NCBI GenBank assembly: GCA_013239625.1
Contig: MU053487.1
Location: 515,058 to 579,057, forward strand
DNA: 64,000 bases
Direction: 5' to 3'
From: Lama guanicoe
Taxonomy: Eukaryota
Of the stretch, positions 1-13,460 are shown piece after piece; the first letter of the stretch is position 1, and each line of letters begins with the position of its first letter. A program made the translations under genes and the position numbers. The notes under the pieces were generated by a model. It worked only from the letters and a program-made list of their open reading frames with translations, had not been told where the DNA came from and ran no database searches.

Positions 1-1945
1 CACATGGTTAATCTATGTTCGTTTCCTTCTTCCCTCTATCTGCCTCAACAAGTGACACATCCCTCATCTTTCTGATAGTTCATCCCTCCCCTTTTACCCT
101 CCCTGCTCTGGGTACCCGTTCCTTTCCTCTTTCATGCAGTTGGCTCCTTTGGTTATTCTCAGCTCTTTAGAAATCTTCATTCTCTCCCCAAGGGATCAGT
201 CTTCTGTCTTAAGAAATAAATCTGATACTGTACTTCCTGACAGCTTCTGACCTCTTTCTATTTCTTTGTGTTCCTTCATAGTCCCAGAGGCTTAAAATTA
301 ATTTGTATGCTGACAGTTGATTCCCAAACAACATCTCTTCTTGGAGCTCTAATCCCATATAGCCAACTGTCAATTTAACAACTCCACTTGTATGCTTGGG
401 TATAAACACTTCCCATCCCCTGGTCCTATCAATGGATTATGCACCAGTTTTTTTTTTAAATATCAGTAAATGATTTCACTGACTGTTCAGATGTTCAGGC
501 CCCAAATCCAAGAGGCTGGCTCACTACTGCTAATGTTAGCTTTCATGATTTCTTCCCTGGATTTATAAAATGGTCTCATGATCTGGCTCTCTGCTTCTAG
601 CTTGCCTTTCTCTAATGCATTCTCTACACAGCAACCAGCATGGCTACTTTTATTTATTTTAACCTAGAATATTTTAACTAAAATACATTAAAATTTTTTT
701 ACAGCACCATGGCAAAATAAACTTCTATAACAAAAGAAGTATATATGCTATTAAAACTTACACAAAAAAGACAGATAAAAATAAAGAAAATAAAAGTATA
801 CATTTCCCACAAATGCCACATTAAAACTTCTCACAGCATCAGCATCTTTCTCCAATTGTACTGGCTTTCCCAAAACTATAGCAAGGACTTTTTCCTGTTT
901 AATTGGTGTAGTTTCTTCTCAAGATGTCATTTAATGAGTAAACCTTTCTCTTGCAAGGCATTATAAAGAAGTACTTAAAAGGTTGGACCTTTGGAGTTAG
1001 TCTGAATTTAAAGACAAGCTCTGTAAACAACTATTGTGTAATCTTGGAAATTACTTTTAAAATGTGGTGTTCAGAACAGTAAAAGGACATTAAGAATTAA
1101 GGAAATTTGAATGAAGTATGGACTTCAGTTGAGAATAATGTATTGGTTCCTTAATTGTAACCATACTAATGCAATTTGTTAATTATAATATTAGTACTAC
1201 TTTGGGGCTTAGGGTATATGAGAACTAATTGCAATTTTTGTATAAATGTAAAAGTGTTCAAAAAATCAAGTTTTTAAAATATATATATATATTTCCACTT
1301 CTAAAGATTACAACTGATAGCACCTTATGGTGTAATCCTTCTGGACCTTTTTTCATAGTATGTAAAATACACATATGGGCACTTGGTAATCAAAATGAGA
1401 TATGGTAATGTACATACTGTTTTGTAACTTGTTCTTTTGGGTTAATGATCTCCACTTTTCCATGGCAATACATTTTCATCTCATTACAGTTCATCTCTAT
1501 TCAAATTTCTTCAGTTGTCCTGAAAATGCATTTTATAGATGGTCTGTTCAAATCAGGATTCAATCTAGACTCTACATCCCTCAAATTTAAGAGATGGGGC
1601 CAGTTATCCTGCAGAATGTTCCACCTTCGGGATTGGTTTGGTTACTTTTTGCGGTATCATTTAGATTGCTTTTCTCTTCCCTGTATTTCTCATAAAGTAT
1701 GTGTTAGATGCAAAGAACTGACAAAGTAAAGGTAAACATTTTTGCCTGGAATATATCATAGGTGATCATACTGCAGACCTCACACTACATCCTATCAGAC
1801 TGATATACAAGGTAGCCTTTTAAAAGTCTGAACTGTATCATGTCACTATTGCTTAAATGCCGTTTCTAACTTTCTTTCCATTTATTTTACAATACAAATT
1901 CTCTAACTTGGCCTACAAGTTTCTGAATGATTTGATGCCTGTTTA

Positions 1946-2460
1946 TATAATAGAAAAGAACAAATCTGACTCCATTATTAGATCTGTTCCTTTGACTTTA
2001 ACCCTCTGCTGTGTTCCCCCGTGTTGAGTCATGCTGATTCTGCACCCTTTGTGAAAGAATGTTGCCTATAGCCTAAAATACACAGGATAGCCCATTCTCA
2101 AGGTTTTGACCTTTAAGGGTGTGACACTTGCCCATTCATATAAAGATGTAAAATTGCAGGATAGAAAATAACATTTGTCTTATTCGAGGTTTGCAGGAAC
2201 ACCAGGACCTGACCCAACGTGGACAGCTGCAAGAACAAGGGATCCCAACACCAATGAGTTTGCAACAACCGACTTCTCCCCTTTTTAGTATAAAAGGAGT
2301 GTGAATTCTGACTTGGGGGAAGATGGTTCTCCAGGATGTTAGTCGGCCATCTGGGTTTGCCAGCTTTCTGAATAAAGTCGTTATTCCTTGCCCCAATACC
2401 TCATCTCCCAATTTATTGGCCTGTCATGGGACGAGCAGAACCAGTTTGAGCTTGGTAACA
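1946..2460 (+). mobile_element. ERV1-class solo LTR, MER41-like
   Basis: TATAAAA 2289-2295, AATAAA 2371-2376, U5 end ...gagcttggtaaca; 4-bp TSD TTTA (1942-1945 / 2461-2464); 5' TG mutated to TA. Family assignment from recall. Confidence 0.8.
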
Positions 2461-3128
2461 TTTACTCTTTCAACTTTACCTCATCCCATTCTCTTTGCTT
2501 TTTAAGTTTTTGTCACACTGTTTCCCCTCCCTGAAGGTGAGCAGTGCTTGCCTCCTAGGGCCTTTGCCCCGTGGTCTATAAGGCTCTCCCGTGCCACTGC
2601 TACCCCTGCCCCTCTTTCTTTCTCCTAATGTCAAGCATCTTCTCAAACTGCAGGTCTTTTAAAGCTCAGCTTCTCAAAGACGCTTCCTCTAATTACCTAT
2701 TTATTTTTATTGCTTTAAGTTCTTCCAAGGGAGCCTAATATCCTGCATACCATACTCTTTTGGCGCACCTTACCCTCTGCGTCCTTACCTGACTAAGCTG
2801 CACACTGGCTGGGGCCTTGCCTACCACGCTCACCGTGCATTCCTATCAGTACCCCGCGGCCGGGTGAACGAATTACCACAGATCACAATAACCCTGAGGT
2901 CGTCGCAAATTCGCGCAGGTGGCAGTAACAAGAGTACTTCCGCGGGAAAATAGTTCGAGTGGAGAAATAGTTACTTTTACACAAAATAGTTTACTTTTAC
3001 ACTTTTACAAAAGCGCTCTGCCCACCCACCGAAGTATAGGGAGGAAGGAGAGAATACAGTCTGCGGAGAAAAGATTCACGCCTGAGCCGAGGCGGGCCCA
3101 GGTGAACTGCGCCGGCGTCCGGACGCTC

Positions 3129-3181
3129 TCACGTGACCGCGGGCGGCGCGCCGAGTGCGCCTGCGCGGGAGCTCCCGGAAG
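3129..3181. promoter_or_regulatory. Motif cluster: TCACGTGAC E-box/CLEAR-like (3129-3137), GC box, NRF1-like TGCGCCTGCGC (3156-3166), ETS CCGGAAG (3175-3181)
   Basis: Direct motif matches 140-195 nt upstream of the ATG. Confidence 0.65.
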
Positions 3182-3322
3182 CGGCCGGATCCCAACCGCA
3201 GGCCGAGCGCACGTCCGTCAGCCCGTCAGTCCACTCGTCCGCCGGCTCCGTTCCCCGCGCGCCTTGGCCCTCGTCGCCGTCTCGTGGTCTCTTTGGCCCG
3301 CAGGGCGGCTGAGGCGCTCGCC

Positions 3323-3531
3323 ATGGCGACGTTCATCTCAGTACAGCTGAAAAAGACCTCGGAGGTGGACCTGGCCAAGCCGCTGGTGAAGTTCATCCAG
3401 CAGACCTATCCGAGCGGCGGGGAGGAGCAGGCCCAGTACTGCCGCGCGGCCGAGGAGCTCAGCAAGCTGCGCCGCGCGGCGCTTGGCCGCCCGCTGGACA
3501 AGCATGAGGGCGCGCTCGAGACGCTCCTGAG
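3323..3531 (+). CDS. PDCD6IP: ALIX exon 1 (coding part), Bro1 domain N-terminus
   Basis: gccATGG Kozak context; MATFISVQLKK...GALETLLR; donor AG|gttggt. Confidence 0.98.
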
Positions 3532-6500
3532 GTTGGTCCGGGGCCGGGCCGGGGAGGTTGTGGGCCGCCGGCTGTTCCCCTTGCTTCCTCCGCCCTTCCT
3601 GGCTGCCTCCTTCCTACCCACGGCCCAGGCCCGGCCGCCCCGCCCAGGCTTGGCCGGGCGCGTAGGTGTGGTTTGCATTCCTTCCTAACGAGCAGGAGCC
3701 GCCCCGCAGGCCGCCGGTCACCCTACCCGCTTCCGCTGGCTGCCCACCCTAGCCTTTGGTCCGCCCGGCCTAGGCCAACCTGGGAGGGAGGGTCTGCCAC
3801 GTACTGAGGTCTCTTGCCACGTTTACCCAGAACTACTTTTCTTCACTTTTTGGGGGTCTCTGAGACTCCTGTCTCTTCCCGTTTTTGCATCGCCGCGAAA
3901 CTTTGTTGGTCAGATTTGGATTTCATAATAACAGTTGCTTGAGGAAGGTGGCAGAATTGGGACACTGGAACAAATTTTTTTACTTATTTTACTTTTATTA
4001 CTTTACTTGTTTTTGCTGTCCACTTGAAACGAGTCATTTTCCTAAGTTCCTCGTAATCAAGTGACACGTAGAATTCCGTAGGTTAGGAGCTGCCATTATT
4101 TGAAATTAAACTTGAGTGACAGAATGTTCATGATAGGTTGCTTGGAATCAGTTTGTTCACAAACAGGTGTGCACATCATGGAGTAAATTTGTGTTCTTAG
4201 CCCATGTTTATTGAGTTAATGCTGTATTTAACTAGAGTTCCTTTGGTAGTAGTTTTCCAGTTAGAATGGCAGAACATTTTTATAAGCATTTTATAGTTAA
4301 AAATTTTTTTTCGTCTACCTTGTTAATGAACTCATTTCCTACGTGTAGCATATTCTCCTTGTTTCACAGGAAAAACACAGCTGTATTAAGATCCAAGTAG
4401 GAGAAGCTCAGGTTAAACTAGCTTGCTTGTTCTAGTAACTGAAAAGTCAAGGAATATGGCTTCCTTAGCTTTAGGCATTTCTGGAGATCATCTTGCCTTC
4501 AGGTTGATTCCTTCTTAGGAGAGCTTTGTTTCTGTATTGGAAGAGATGGCTACCCGCTCTCCTGTAATTATAGTGGTCTTAATGCTCAGGATCTTATGTA
4601 AGAGTGTGTTTCTTTTTTGCTCTGGTGAAAGTTCAGGGAAGGCCTCTGATTGGGTTGGCTTGTGCCCATGTATAATGATGGGAAATGGCCTAATTTAATT
4701 ACCCTTGTCTGAGTCACTCTGCTGGTTTAACTTCTCCATGCGCAGTGGATTAAAGTAATGTTAGTATGGACTAGGGAAGAGCTGGTTCTCCAGGATACTG
4801 AATAGATCCCTCAGAGAGATTATGACCCATTGGTGTCAATTTTAAAGATAAGATTGTTGGGTTGCAAAGATCACTAGGTTGATACTTAGTGTAAACATTT
4901 TTTTTTAAGCTAACCTATAAGTATTTAGCCATTCTTTAGAATTAATGTTCTGTAAAAGAAAAAAAAAACTCCCAAGCAGTTCTTATGTGGCCATGAGTAG
5001 CATTCAGTGAGGATTTTTCATTAGTAGTGTTAAAAAAAACATGAGCTCTGGTATAATGAACACATGAATCGATTAGGTTTGATCCCAACCCTTAAGGAGC
5101 TTGAGTCAGGAGGAGGAGTTCAGAGACATTTGGTGCATGGATTTAAGACTAACAGACAAGAGAGACTGGTGAATAGTGGTTCTGTGAAGTTTAAAACTTC
5201 ATTCATTTGTTCATTCTTTTGGTCTTTTCCTAGGAATAAATGGGGATATTGCAGAGACAGTCTCTTTAACTGTTTCTTTAGTCACCTCTATATTGTCCTC
5301 ACGTTAGCACATTTTTTCACTTTATGCTCTTCTAGTGGAGTTAGGGTAAGCTAATGGATACACTACAGTCTGTAAAATTTTATAATGGAGGTGTGTACCT
5401 TTGCTGTAAAAATCAAACAGTTGGGGGGTGTTCAGTCAAGCAGGATATTTTACTTTTAATAATTGTGTCTGGATAATTGTGTAAATTGAACATATTTTTA
5501 AATTAATAAACTTAAATAAAATTTTTGAAAAAGAGAGTTTAAGCTAATTCCTGAAGAATAGAGGCTAGCTTGATAAGTACTCCTACACAGCTCCACATAT
5601 GGTCGGGTAGTGGACTTGCCTTTTTATTGTTACTAACTATAGTATTAAAACTGTATTTATGTGTTATAATATTGAGTGAATGTTATCCTTTATCAAGTGA
5701 CTTTAACTACAAATTGATTAGAAGAGCCTTGGTAAATAGTGAGCATTAAACTAAGGTATGATCAGATGGAAACCCCGCTGGTTCTTAGGGGGCGGGGATA
5801 AGCTCTAGATAACAGCTTCCGTGTCTTTTGTGGTGATTAGTGTTTTCAGAGAGAAAGCTCCTAGTCTCCTTCCATGATAAAGCCTAGTTGTCATCTTTCT
5901 GAAATTTGATCAGAGGGAGTGGAGGTTGTCGATTTCAGCGATCATGTATGCATTTTTTTATATTATCTATTTTAGTTTTATGTCATCTATGTTACTGTAT
6001 TAGGGTTGGATTCAGCTGTGTATGGTAGATCTCAAATTATCAGTTAAATTAATGATTTTACTCCTGTGTAAAAAGTTGGTAGATGGGTAGTTCTGATGGC
6101 CCAGGAATGGTATCGTGGTTCTGTGAAGTTCATCAGGCTCAGGCTCCTTCCAGTGATCTGCTCTGTAAAACCTAGAGTCCTTGTTCTCAGGGTCCAGATA
6201 ACAGTCATACCCAAGTTTTAGACAGGAAGATGGAGGAAGGGAAAAAGGAGGCAGGGTACTTAGCCTCCAGGATGTTTCCTGGAAACTGCCCTGCAGCACC
6301 CTGCTCATTTGTTATTGGCCATTATGTATGTCCGCATCTCACAGAACAGTAGGATAGGTAAAGGGATTTTTATTAAGGGCAGTCATATACTCAGCTAAAA
6401 TATCCTGTTCTACTAGGAAGGAAGGAGATAATGATGTAGGTGATTAGCATTCCCAATAATAGGCTCCCAGTCCCCTTCTTCCCTGCTGAGCTGTGTGTGA

Positions 6501-9500
6501 TATTGCTGACATTTTCCTGAGAGTAAACCTGCCCTCCTCATGGAGGATATGGGAGCCCAGAGGTTTCTTTCAAAGATTTTCAACCATACCTCTTTCCCAG
6601 ACTCACACTTAATTCTTGTCTTCGAGAGTGATGCCTCTTTTCTTCAGAATTCAGATCCTATCCGGCTTCTCTGCATCGTTTGGCTCCCTTCTCTCTAGGC
6701 AGTTAGAGTTTGTTTTCTCTGCTTCATTTGTTCACTTTTCACCTTTTAGAAAATTCCAGTGAAACTTCTTGTGTGCTCTTGTGTTCTTTCCCGTTCTCTT
6801 TGTCCTTGTGCATTTACGTCTTTTTAATTTTTTATTCCCTTTTTAGTGGAATTTTGGGGGAGAGTAGAGTAGGTTGTTTATTCAGATCTCTTTGTTTAGC
6901 TAGAATAGGATATTTACATTTTCATTTCTATAGTGGTTGTTTACAGGTAATAGTGAAGTTTTTTTTCCTTCACATCCTTGGGAATACTCACTGATTAATA
7001 ATTGAAAGTGATTGCTTTTTGCTAAACTGATGGGTGAGAGATGGTACCCGGTTTTAGTTTACATTGCCTTGATTTCTCAGAGGTCAAGCATCTTTGGTTT
7101 ACTGGCCACTTAGTTTCTTTTTCTGTGAATTGCCTGTTCTTTTTCTTTGCCCGTTTTCTATGTTGATTGTTTTTTTTCTTTACTGATTTTTAAGAGTTAT
7201 GTATATTTTCTGGCTATTTATCTTTTTTCCATTATGTGTATTGCATATATCATCTTCAAATCTGTTTCTTGTCTTATCATTATGGATGTGGTATCTTTTG
7301 TCACACAGAGGTCCTTGCAAAATGTTTTATTCTCCTCATAATCTGTAGTTACAGTTTTTTCCTTATTCCCGACTTGGTGCATGTATTATGTATGATTTTG
7401 TCCCCTGATAGATTTGCTAAAAGCCACCTTTTTCCTTTTTTAAAACCAAATCTATTTTTTGTTTGTTTGTTTGTTTTCTGCTTTCTCATTCACTTTTCTT
7501 TTTCAATTGAGTGATTAGCTTTGCATTTTTTTTAAAATACATTCATTTTAGGACTGTATGTTTTTTCTAAGTCTGCTTTTGGTTGCATCCCACTAGTTTT
7601 GATATGTAGTATTCTCACTGACATTTTTTAATAGTTTGTAATTTTAGTATTGTTTTAACTCAAAGAGTTTTTAATGTAGATTTTGTAAAGTTTCTAAATA
7701 GATTTGTCTATCACTTTTTGGGGTGTTAGTATCTAGTTTGTTGCATTATGGTTGTACCTTTTTCATTTATGAAATTAAGTTGATGGGACTAGTCTCAATT
7801 TCTGAATTTTTTTCCAAGTAAGCTTTTGCTTACGTTCTGATTGTTGAAGATACTGAGATAATATTAACCCTAGTGACGTTGCTGCTGTTAATCAAATAGT
7901 GTGGTGAATATAAAGATACATTAATACTTGACCCTTGGTCTCAAAGAGTGTCTGTAGTTAGCAGACCTTAATTTGGCTCAGGAATTTTGTTCTGCTTAGG
8001 TGAATAAACATGAAAATTTAAAGGAAGATTTAAAATCCTTGCTTTTCTGTATTCTGACTTTTCTAAGGTTTAATAAATAAAATAGCTTATCAGGGCTATC
8101 TTCATTCTTTGTAACCCGAGAGAGAATCATCTCTCAGAAAATTCTGCACACGGGTTTAAGCTACACAGCTGATTAACTTTGTGGCAGGATTAGACTAAGA
8201 TCTTGACCTCTTGCCTCCCTAACTATTTACTTTCTACTACACTCTGCTTTAGCAGTGCTTTATTAATGATTCTTCATGCGATAAACTGAGCAAAGAAGGA
8301 AGTGTGAAAATAAGGTTCAGGGAACAGCTATTAACTCTGACCATTATCTGGCCCCACTCTTTGGATTCTCTTGTTTCTCTCTCAGGTTGGTAGGCAGGAT
8401 TGCTCAGCCCTAAATACTGAATGGAGCTGGATGGGTTATGTGAATTTGCATGGCAGTTTCACTTTGTCTTAAGTGGATTGGTTGTTCTCATCTCTACACC
8501 TTTCTCCCTAAAAACACATTTTTTAAAAACTAGAATTTCTAGTGGAAATTTGTCCTTTTCTTATTTTTGGTATATTTAAAGAAATATATTCATTTTGTTT
8601 TCCTTTTCATGAGATTTTTAAGAGTTGAGTTTTAGATATCTTCTCTAAAGTGATTGAGTTTTATGAAATACTGGCGAAAGTATAAAACACTTCTGAATAG
8701 TTGCAAAGTACTCTGTAGTTACCATTTGTCCACCATGTGCAATTTGTCCAGGTACTGTTTTAAGCATTTAGTCTATATTTTATCCTTTGTTCCTCATACT
8801 TAAATTAAGTGAGATTGCCCTCAATTTAGGAAGGGTTTAGAGAGGTTGGGAAATTTGCATATAGTCAAACAGCTAAGAGTTGGTGGAGTTGAAATCAAAT
8901 GCAGGGCTGTCTGACTTGGAAGCCTGAGGTCTGCCCACTATGGCATCACACCTTTAAAGAATGTTTAAGATTTTTTTTTCCCCTACCAAAATAGCATGTT
9001 AATTTTATTTGGAAATCAGGGTTTTATAGTTGATAAAGATCTTATTTTAAAAATAAGTGAAAATTTAAACGATACAAGTTCTTTGCAGTATTATTTCTGA
9101 CAGTGTGTGTGTGTGTGTTTGTTTTTCTTTCTACTCTAGTATAGCATACTGGCTTTCCATCTTCCCACTAGTGGACAACTTGCAGCCTAGGTCTACTTTG
9201 GGAGAGGTATATCCTGAGCTAGAGTCTGCTGATACAGTAAAGCATATTTCAGTGATAGAGAGAGGGGTGTGGTAGAGTCTCTTGTTCTGTTCGGTTCCCT
9301 CTCTAGAGAACTTTGATACCTGAGATCCAGGCTGAACTATATATGCGGGGTTGGATATGGTGGAATTACATCGAAGGAGTAGCTCATTGTATGTGGTACT
9401 GAAGGAGCAGCATTTTGCCTGCAGTTAGCAATGGTTGTTAGCAATGGTTGCTTTCTTTTGAAAATCATTAGTTGGTCTCTCTGTTGATGTTTACTCCATA

Positions 9501-12500
9501 TTATGGAGTCAGATTTCCAATGGCTGCCATTCCATAGTACTTACACTTCAAGTTACATGACCTGTCCTGAGACAGCTATTTTACTTTGAGGGTTCCATCA
9601 CATAGCTTCTAGTCTTTTAAATATAGGGTATAAATGAACTGTTTCCCCAATAAAACTCAAGTTTTGAGAGTTGACCCCAAAAGCTTTGGAGTGAAAAGGA
9701 TAGGTATAAAAACTTTAGTGCATTCTGTTTAGTCTTTCTTTTTTTCCTGATCCATTTGCAGAGCAAGTAGCTTTATCTCCTACTACTTCCTTCTTTGCTC
9801 CGTTTAAGCAGAGGTTAGCAGACTAAGGCCTGCCTAGCTGCCTGTTTTTGTGTGGTCCATGGGCACCACTGGCGGTTGGCACTATGAGCCTTGGAGACCT
9901 AGCTGGGGTGTTTCCCTCTGCCCCATCCTGCCCTTTATTCCAGTGTCTTCCTCCCAGGCCTTTGGCCATGCCTCTCTGCTGCCCAGAGCTTGCTCTGGTG
10001 CCACCTACATGTTGGGTTTCTGCTTGCAACGGCTTAGCAGTGAATGGTGGAGTCTCAAACTGGGAATTGATGACACAGCAAATTGCCTTGTCTCCTGCCA
10101 TCTGTGCCAGTTGCCAAAGTTGAGATGGCTGGACTCTGGGAGGAGAGGAAGGCATGCCAGAATTCGTGTGTCGCTGGAGCAGAGAGTGAAACGGACTGTG
10201 TTGGCCATTGCCCACCTCCCTCCCCTGGACTTCTCGCCACCAGACTGGGTACTCTTCCTTCAGAGTCTCCAGCTAATGGCAGTTAGACAACTGTGTACCT
10301 AGTGTTTTCACCATCTGAGATGGTCCAACCCAGATAAAAATGGTACAGGGCAGGGCAAGAGTTTTCTCTCTGGTTATATAAGTACTTGCATATTATCCTT
10401 CATTTTACCTTTTGCTTGGCAAAGCCTAGAGTAGCCCTTTTCAGAAAAAGTATGCCAGTCCCTGCTCTGTGGCCACATCAACTTCCTTGCTGTGATGTGC
10501 ATGCCCTTAGGCACACTGTGGCCTCAGGCCCTTGGTACTTGCTATTCTCACCTATGGGCATGTTCTTTGGTAGCTCCTGTTCATTCCCAAAACAGAGAAT
10601 CTTAGGTTTTACTTTTTGGAGATAAGAAAAAAAGTTGTTTTTTAGACACTGCATTTTACTGTTTCATTTGTTTGGAGCTAACAGTGAAACGGAAGGAACA
10701 GAGCCACTTTATACTTTCATGGAGTTTAGAATCCTTTGAGAGAAAAGGCATTAAACGTAATCCCACAAATAAATATATTACCAGTTGTGGTAAGTTCTCT
10801 GAAGGAAAAATTCAAAGGCCTGAGAGGTTGTGAAGAGGGGAACTAATTTAAACAAGAAGTTAGATCGACTGGCACGTCACTTCTGCCACCACTGGGGATT
10901 CTCCCTTGACTGGTCTCTGCAGTGGCTTCCTTACTCACCTCTGCTTCTGTGCTTGCACACCTGCAAGTCAGTTTTCCACACAGCAGCCAGGGCAGGGCAA
11001 CTCTGAAAATAGATTGGCTTGTGTTACTCTTGTCCAGACCTGCTGATGGTTCCTTCTCTTACTCTGTATGGTAGGAGCCAAAAGTCCTACAAGTTGCACT
11101 CAAGGCATCATTATTTCTTGATTTCATCTCCTGCTGTTTCCTCCTGTGCCCGCTTTGTGGTCACACGCCTCTTTATCATGGCAGGGATACTGTCAGGCGT
11201 ACTCTTGGCTCTTGCTCTTCCCTTGACTCGTAATGCTTTTCTCTCATATCTCATCACCTCTTCATGCCTTCTCTACTATTGATGATGTGTTAAGATTTTT
11301 TATTTTTTTCTTCTGTGTAGTCAAATGACCATGTTATTAAAAAAAAAAACTAGTCTTCTCACCTCACCCCATACACATACCTTATCCCTCTCACCTCTTT
11401 ATTTTTCTGCATAGCACTTAGCACTGTCTGCTATACTATATTTTTACTTATTTTTCTTGTTTTGTATCCCCTTCTAAAAGTAAACTCTACAAGGGCACAA
11501 AGTTTTAAAAGTTTATATATTGCTCAATTCCTATGTTCTAGAACTGCTTGGTGCATAGTAAATTCTTAGTATATCTTTGTTAAATGCATAAATGAATGAG
11601 GACAAGAGAAATGGGAACTTGTGATAAGAAAGTTTCCAAGTACAAGGAAAAAAATGTGCGAAGGCCCCGAGCCAGGAGAGAGCATGGAATTTTAGTGACT
11701 AGAATGTGTCGTGAATATTCTGAGATCAGGCTGGAGAGTTGAATGATGGCCAGGTAGTGCCAGACCACCTTGTCTAAATTTTGGATGTAGTTTAAAGTGT
11801 AATGGGAATCCATTAAAGGGTTTGAGCACTTAATACTTCAGAGTTCTTTTTCTAAATGCGAGAATACTCTATTACGTAACCACAGTACAACTTTTAAGAT
11901 CAGGAAATTGACATTGATTGATTATTACCATTTACTCTATAGCGCTCATTCAAATTTTGCTAATTCCCCCAATAATGTTTAGAGGTCCAGGAGCTAACCG
12001 CAGATTCTGTGTTGCATTTAATTGCTGTTTTAGTCTTCTTCAGTCTGGAATAGTTCCTCAGTTTTTCCTTGTCTTTCACGACCTTGGCATTTTTTAAGAA
12101 TACAGGCTAGTTACTTTGTAGAGTGTCCCTCAATAAAGCTTTCCCTCATATTTTCTTGTGAATATGCATTTGGGGGCTGTAGTACCACCAGAGTGATGCT
12201 GTGTTCTTTTTAGTGCATATCAGGAAAAACACGAGGTTGATTTGTCCCATTGCTGGTAATGTTTAACTTTTATCACTTTGTTGAGATGATGTCTCCCAGG
12301 TTTCTTGACCTCACAGTTAATAAATAAGTTGTACTAATTAGTAAGTATTTTGTGGGGAGGTACTTTGAGATTTTGTAATAATCCTGTTTCTGTCAAACTT
12401 TTATGTTATAGTTTCCATTAGTGATTTTACCCGAATTAGATATTATATTATGAAAGGTGCCAAATGGTGACTTTATAACTTCATTATTTCTTCTAGATTT

Positions 12501-13423
12501 ATTATTTGTCATTGTACTGTAGGGTAGAGCTTTCCCTATTCCTCTCTTTATTTTGTTTACTTTAGAATTTTCCTCAGTGGGTTATGATTTGTTATTTATT
12601 TAAATTGTTCTAAACTTGGCTCATGGGAGCTGCTTAAAGCTAGTTCTTGTGTTCTTTTGATGTGTCATCATTTTTTGAGTATATCCTTAACATTCTGGCA
12701 TAGCTGGATGCTTTAGGCTTGGCTCTTGAATTTTCAGCCTCAGCCATGGAGCCAACCATTCTCTAAGGAGCACTGGCTTCCTTTAATGCAGAGCACTATT
12801 TATCTGGGCTCCAAGTGTGCTTACTGCTACTGAGGTATTATTGCTTCTAGGACTTATGAGCATATACATTTAGGAGATAGACACACACATTCATATTTAT
12901 ACCTCCTTTTATATCTACATTATGCTATATTAAAAGATGAGTTCACACTGATGCCTCCAATTCTGATCCAAAGCCATAGCATTTCTTCTAGCTTCCTACC
13001 TTCCTTTCTCTGCTAGTTAGAAAGCTGACTCCCATTAGCTTCAGTGTGTTTACTTAATTGCTCAGTTGTTCTTTGTAACCAAACTCATTGCCATGCCAGC
13101 CAAAAACTTGATCTCTGACATATTGGTCCCACCCCTCCGGAAAACCTCACCTCAGAAATAACAATTGCAAAGAGCCCTGGTGATAGGGTTGAGGGGAGGG
13201 GCAGGGAGATAATAAGGGAAGGAAAAAACATTAGAGGCCTGTGAAGAAAGCTTGACCTTGAACCACCCACACCCCTGCCCCCTCAATTGCTTTGCTAGCT
13301 CAAAGGTCAGCCTGATAGGGGAAGACATCCTCGTGTTTGATGGTGTCTCTGGCTGCTGTGTGGAGGACCGAAAATGAAGAAGATGAGAAAGGAGGAAAGG
13401 AGACTGGGAAGTTGGCTAGGAAA

Positions 13424-13460
13424 CAGTCTACTTTAAAGGGATCAGTCTACTTTAAAGGGA
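13424..13460. repeat. Tandem duplication, CAGTCTACTTTAAAGGGA x2 separated by one T
   Basis: Direct inspection. Confidence 0.9.

Larger units (their letters stand above)
2850..3900. promoter_or_regulatory. CpG island / TATA-less housekeeping promoter spanning exon 1
   Basis: Abrupt rise in GC and CpG density against an AT-rich, CpG-depleted background. Confidence 0.93.

Noticed and set aside
2948..3012. Short repeated units AAATAGTT/ACTTTTACA upstream of the promoter (also small tandem duplications at ~9423 and ~20428)
   Set aside because: Ordinary slippage duplications with no spacer structure or recognisable function; not CRISPR-like.
2919..3688. Long ORFs over the promoter (2919-3350, 3155-3688, antisense 3406-3678), including a possible N-terminal extension of ALIX
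   Set aside because: They arise from stop-poor CpG-island composition. The in-frame upstream start is GTG and probably lies upstream of the transcription start, while ATG 3323 has a strong Kozak context and gives the known N-terminus.
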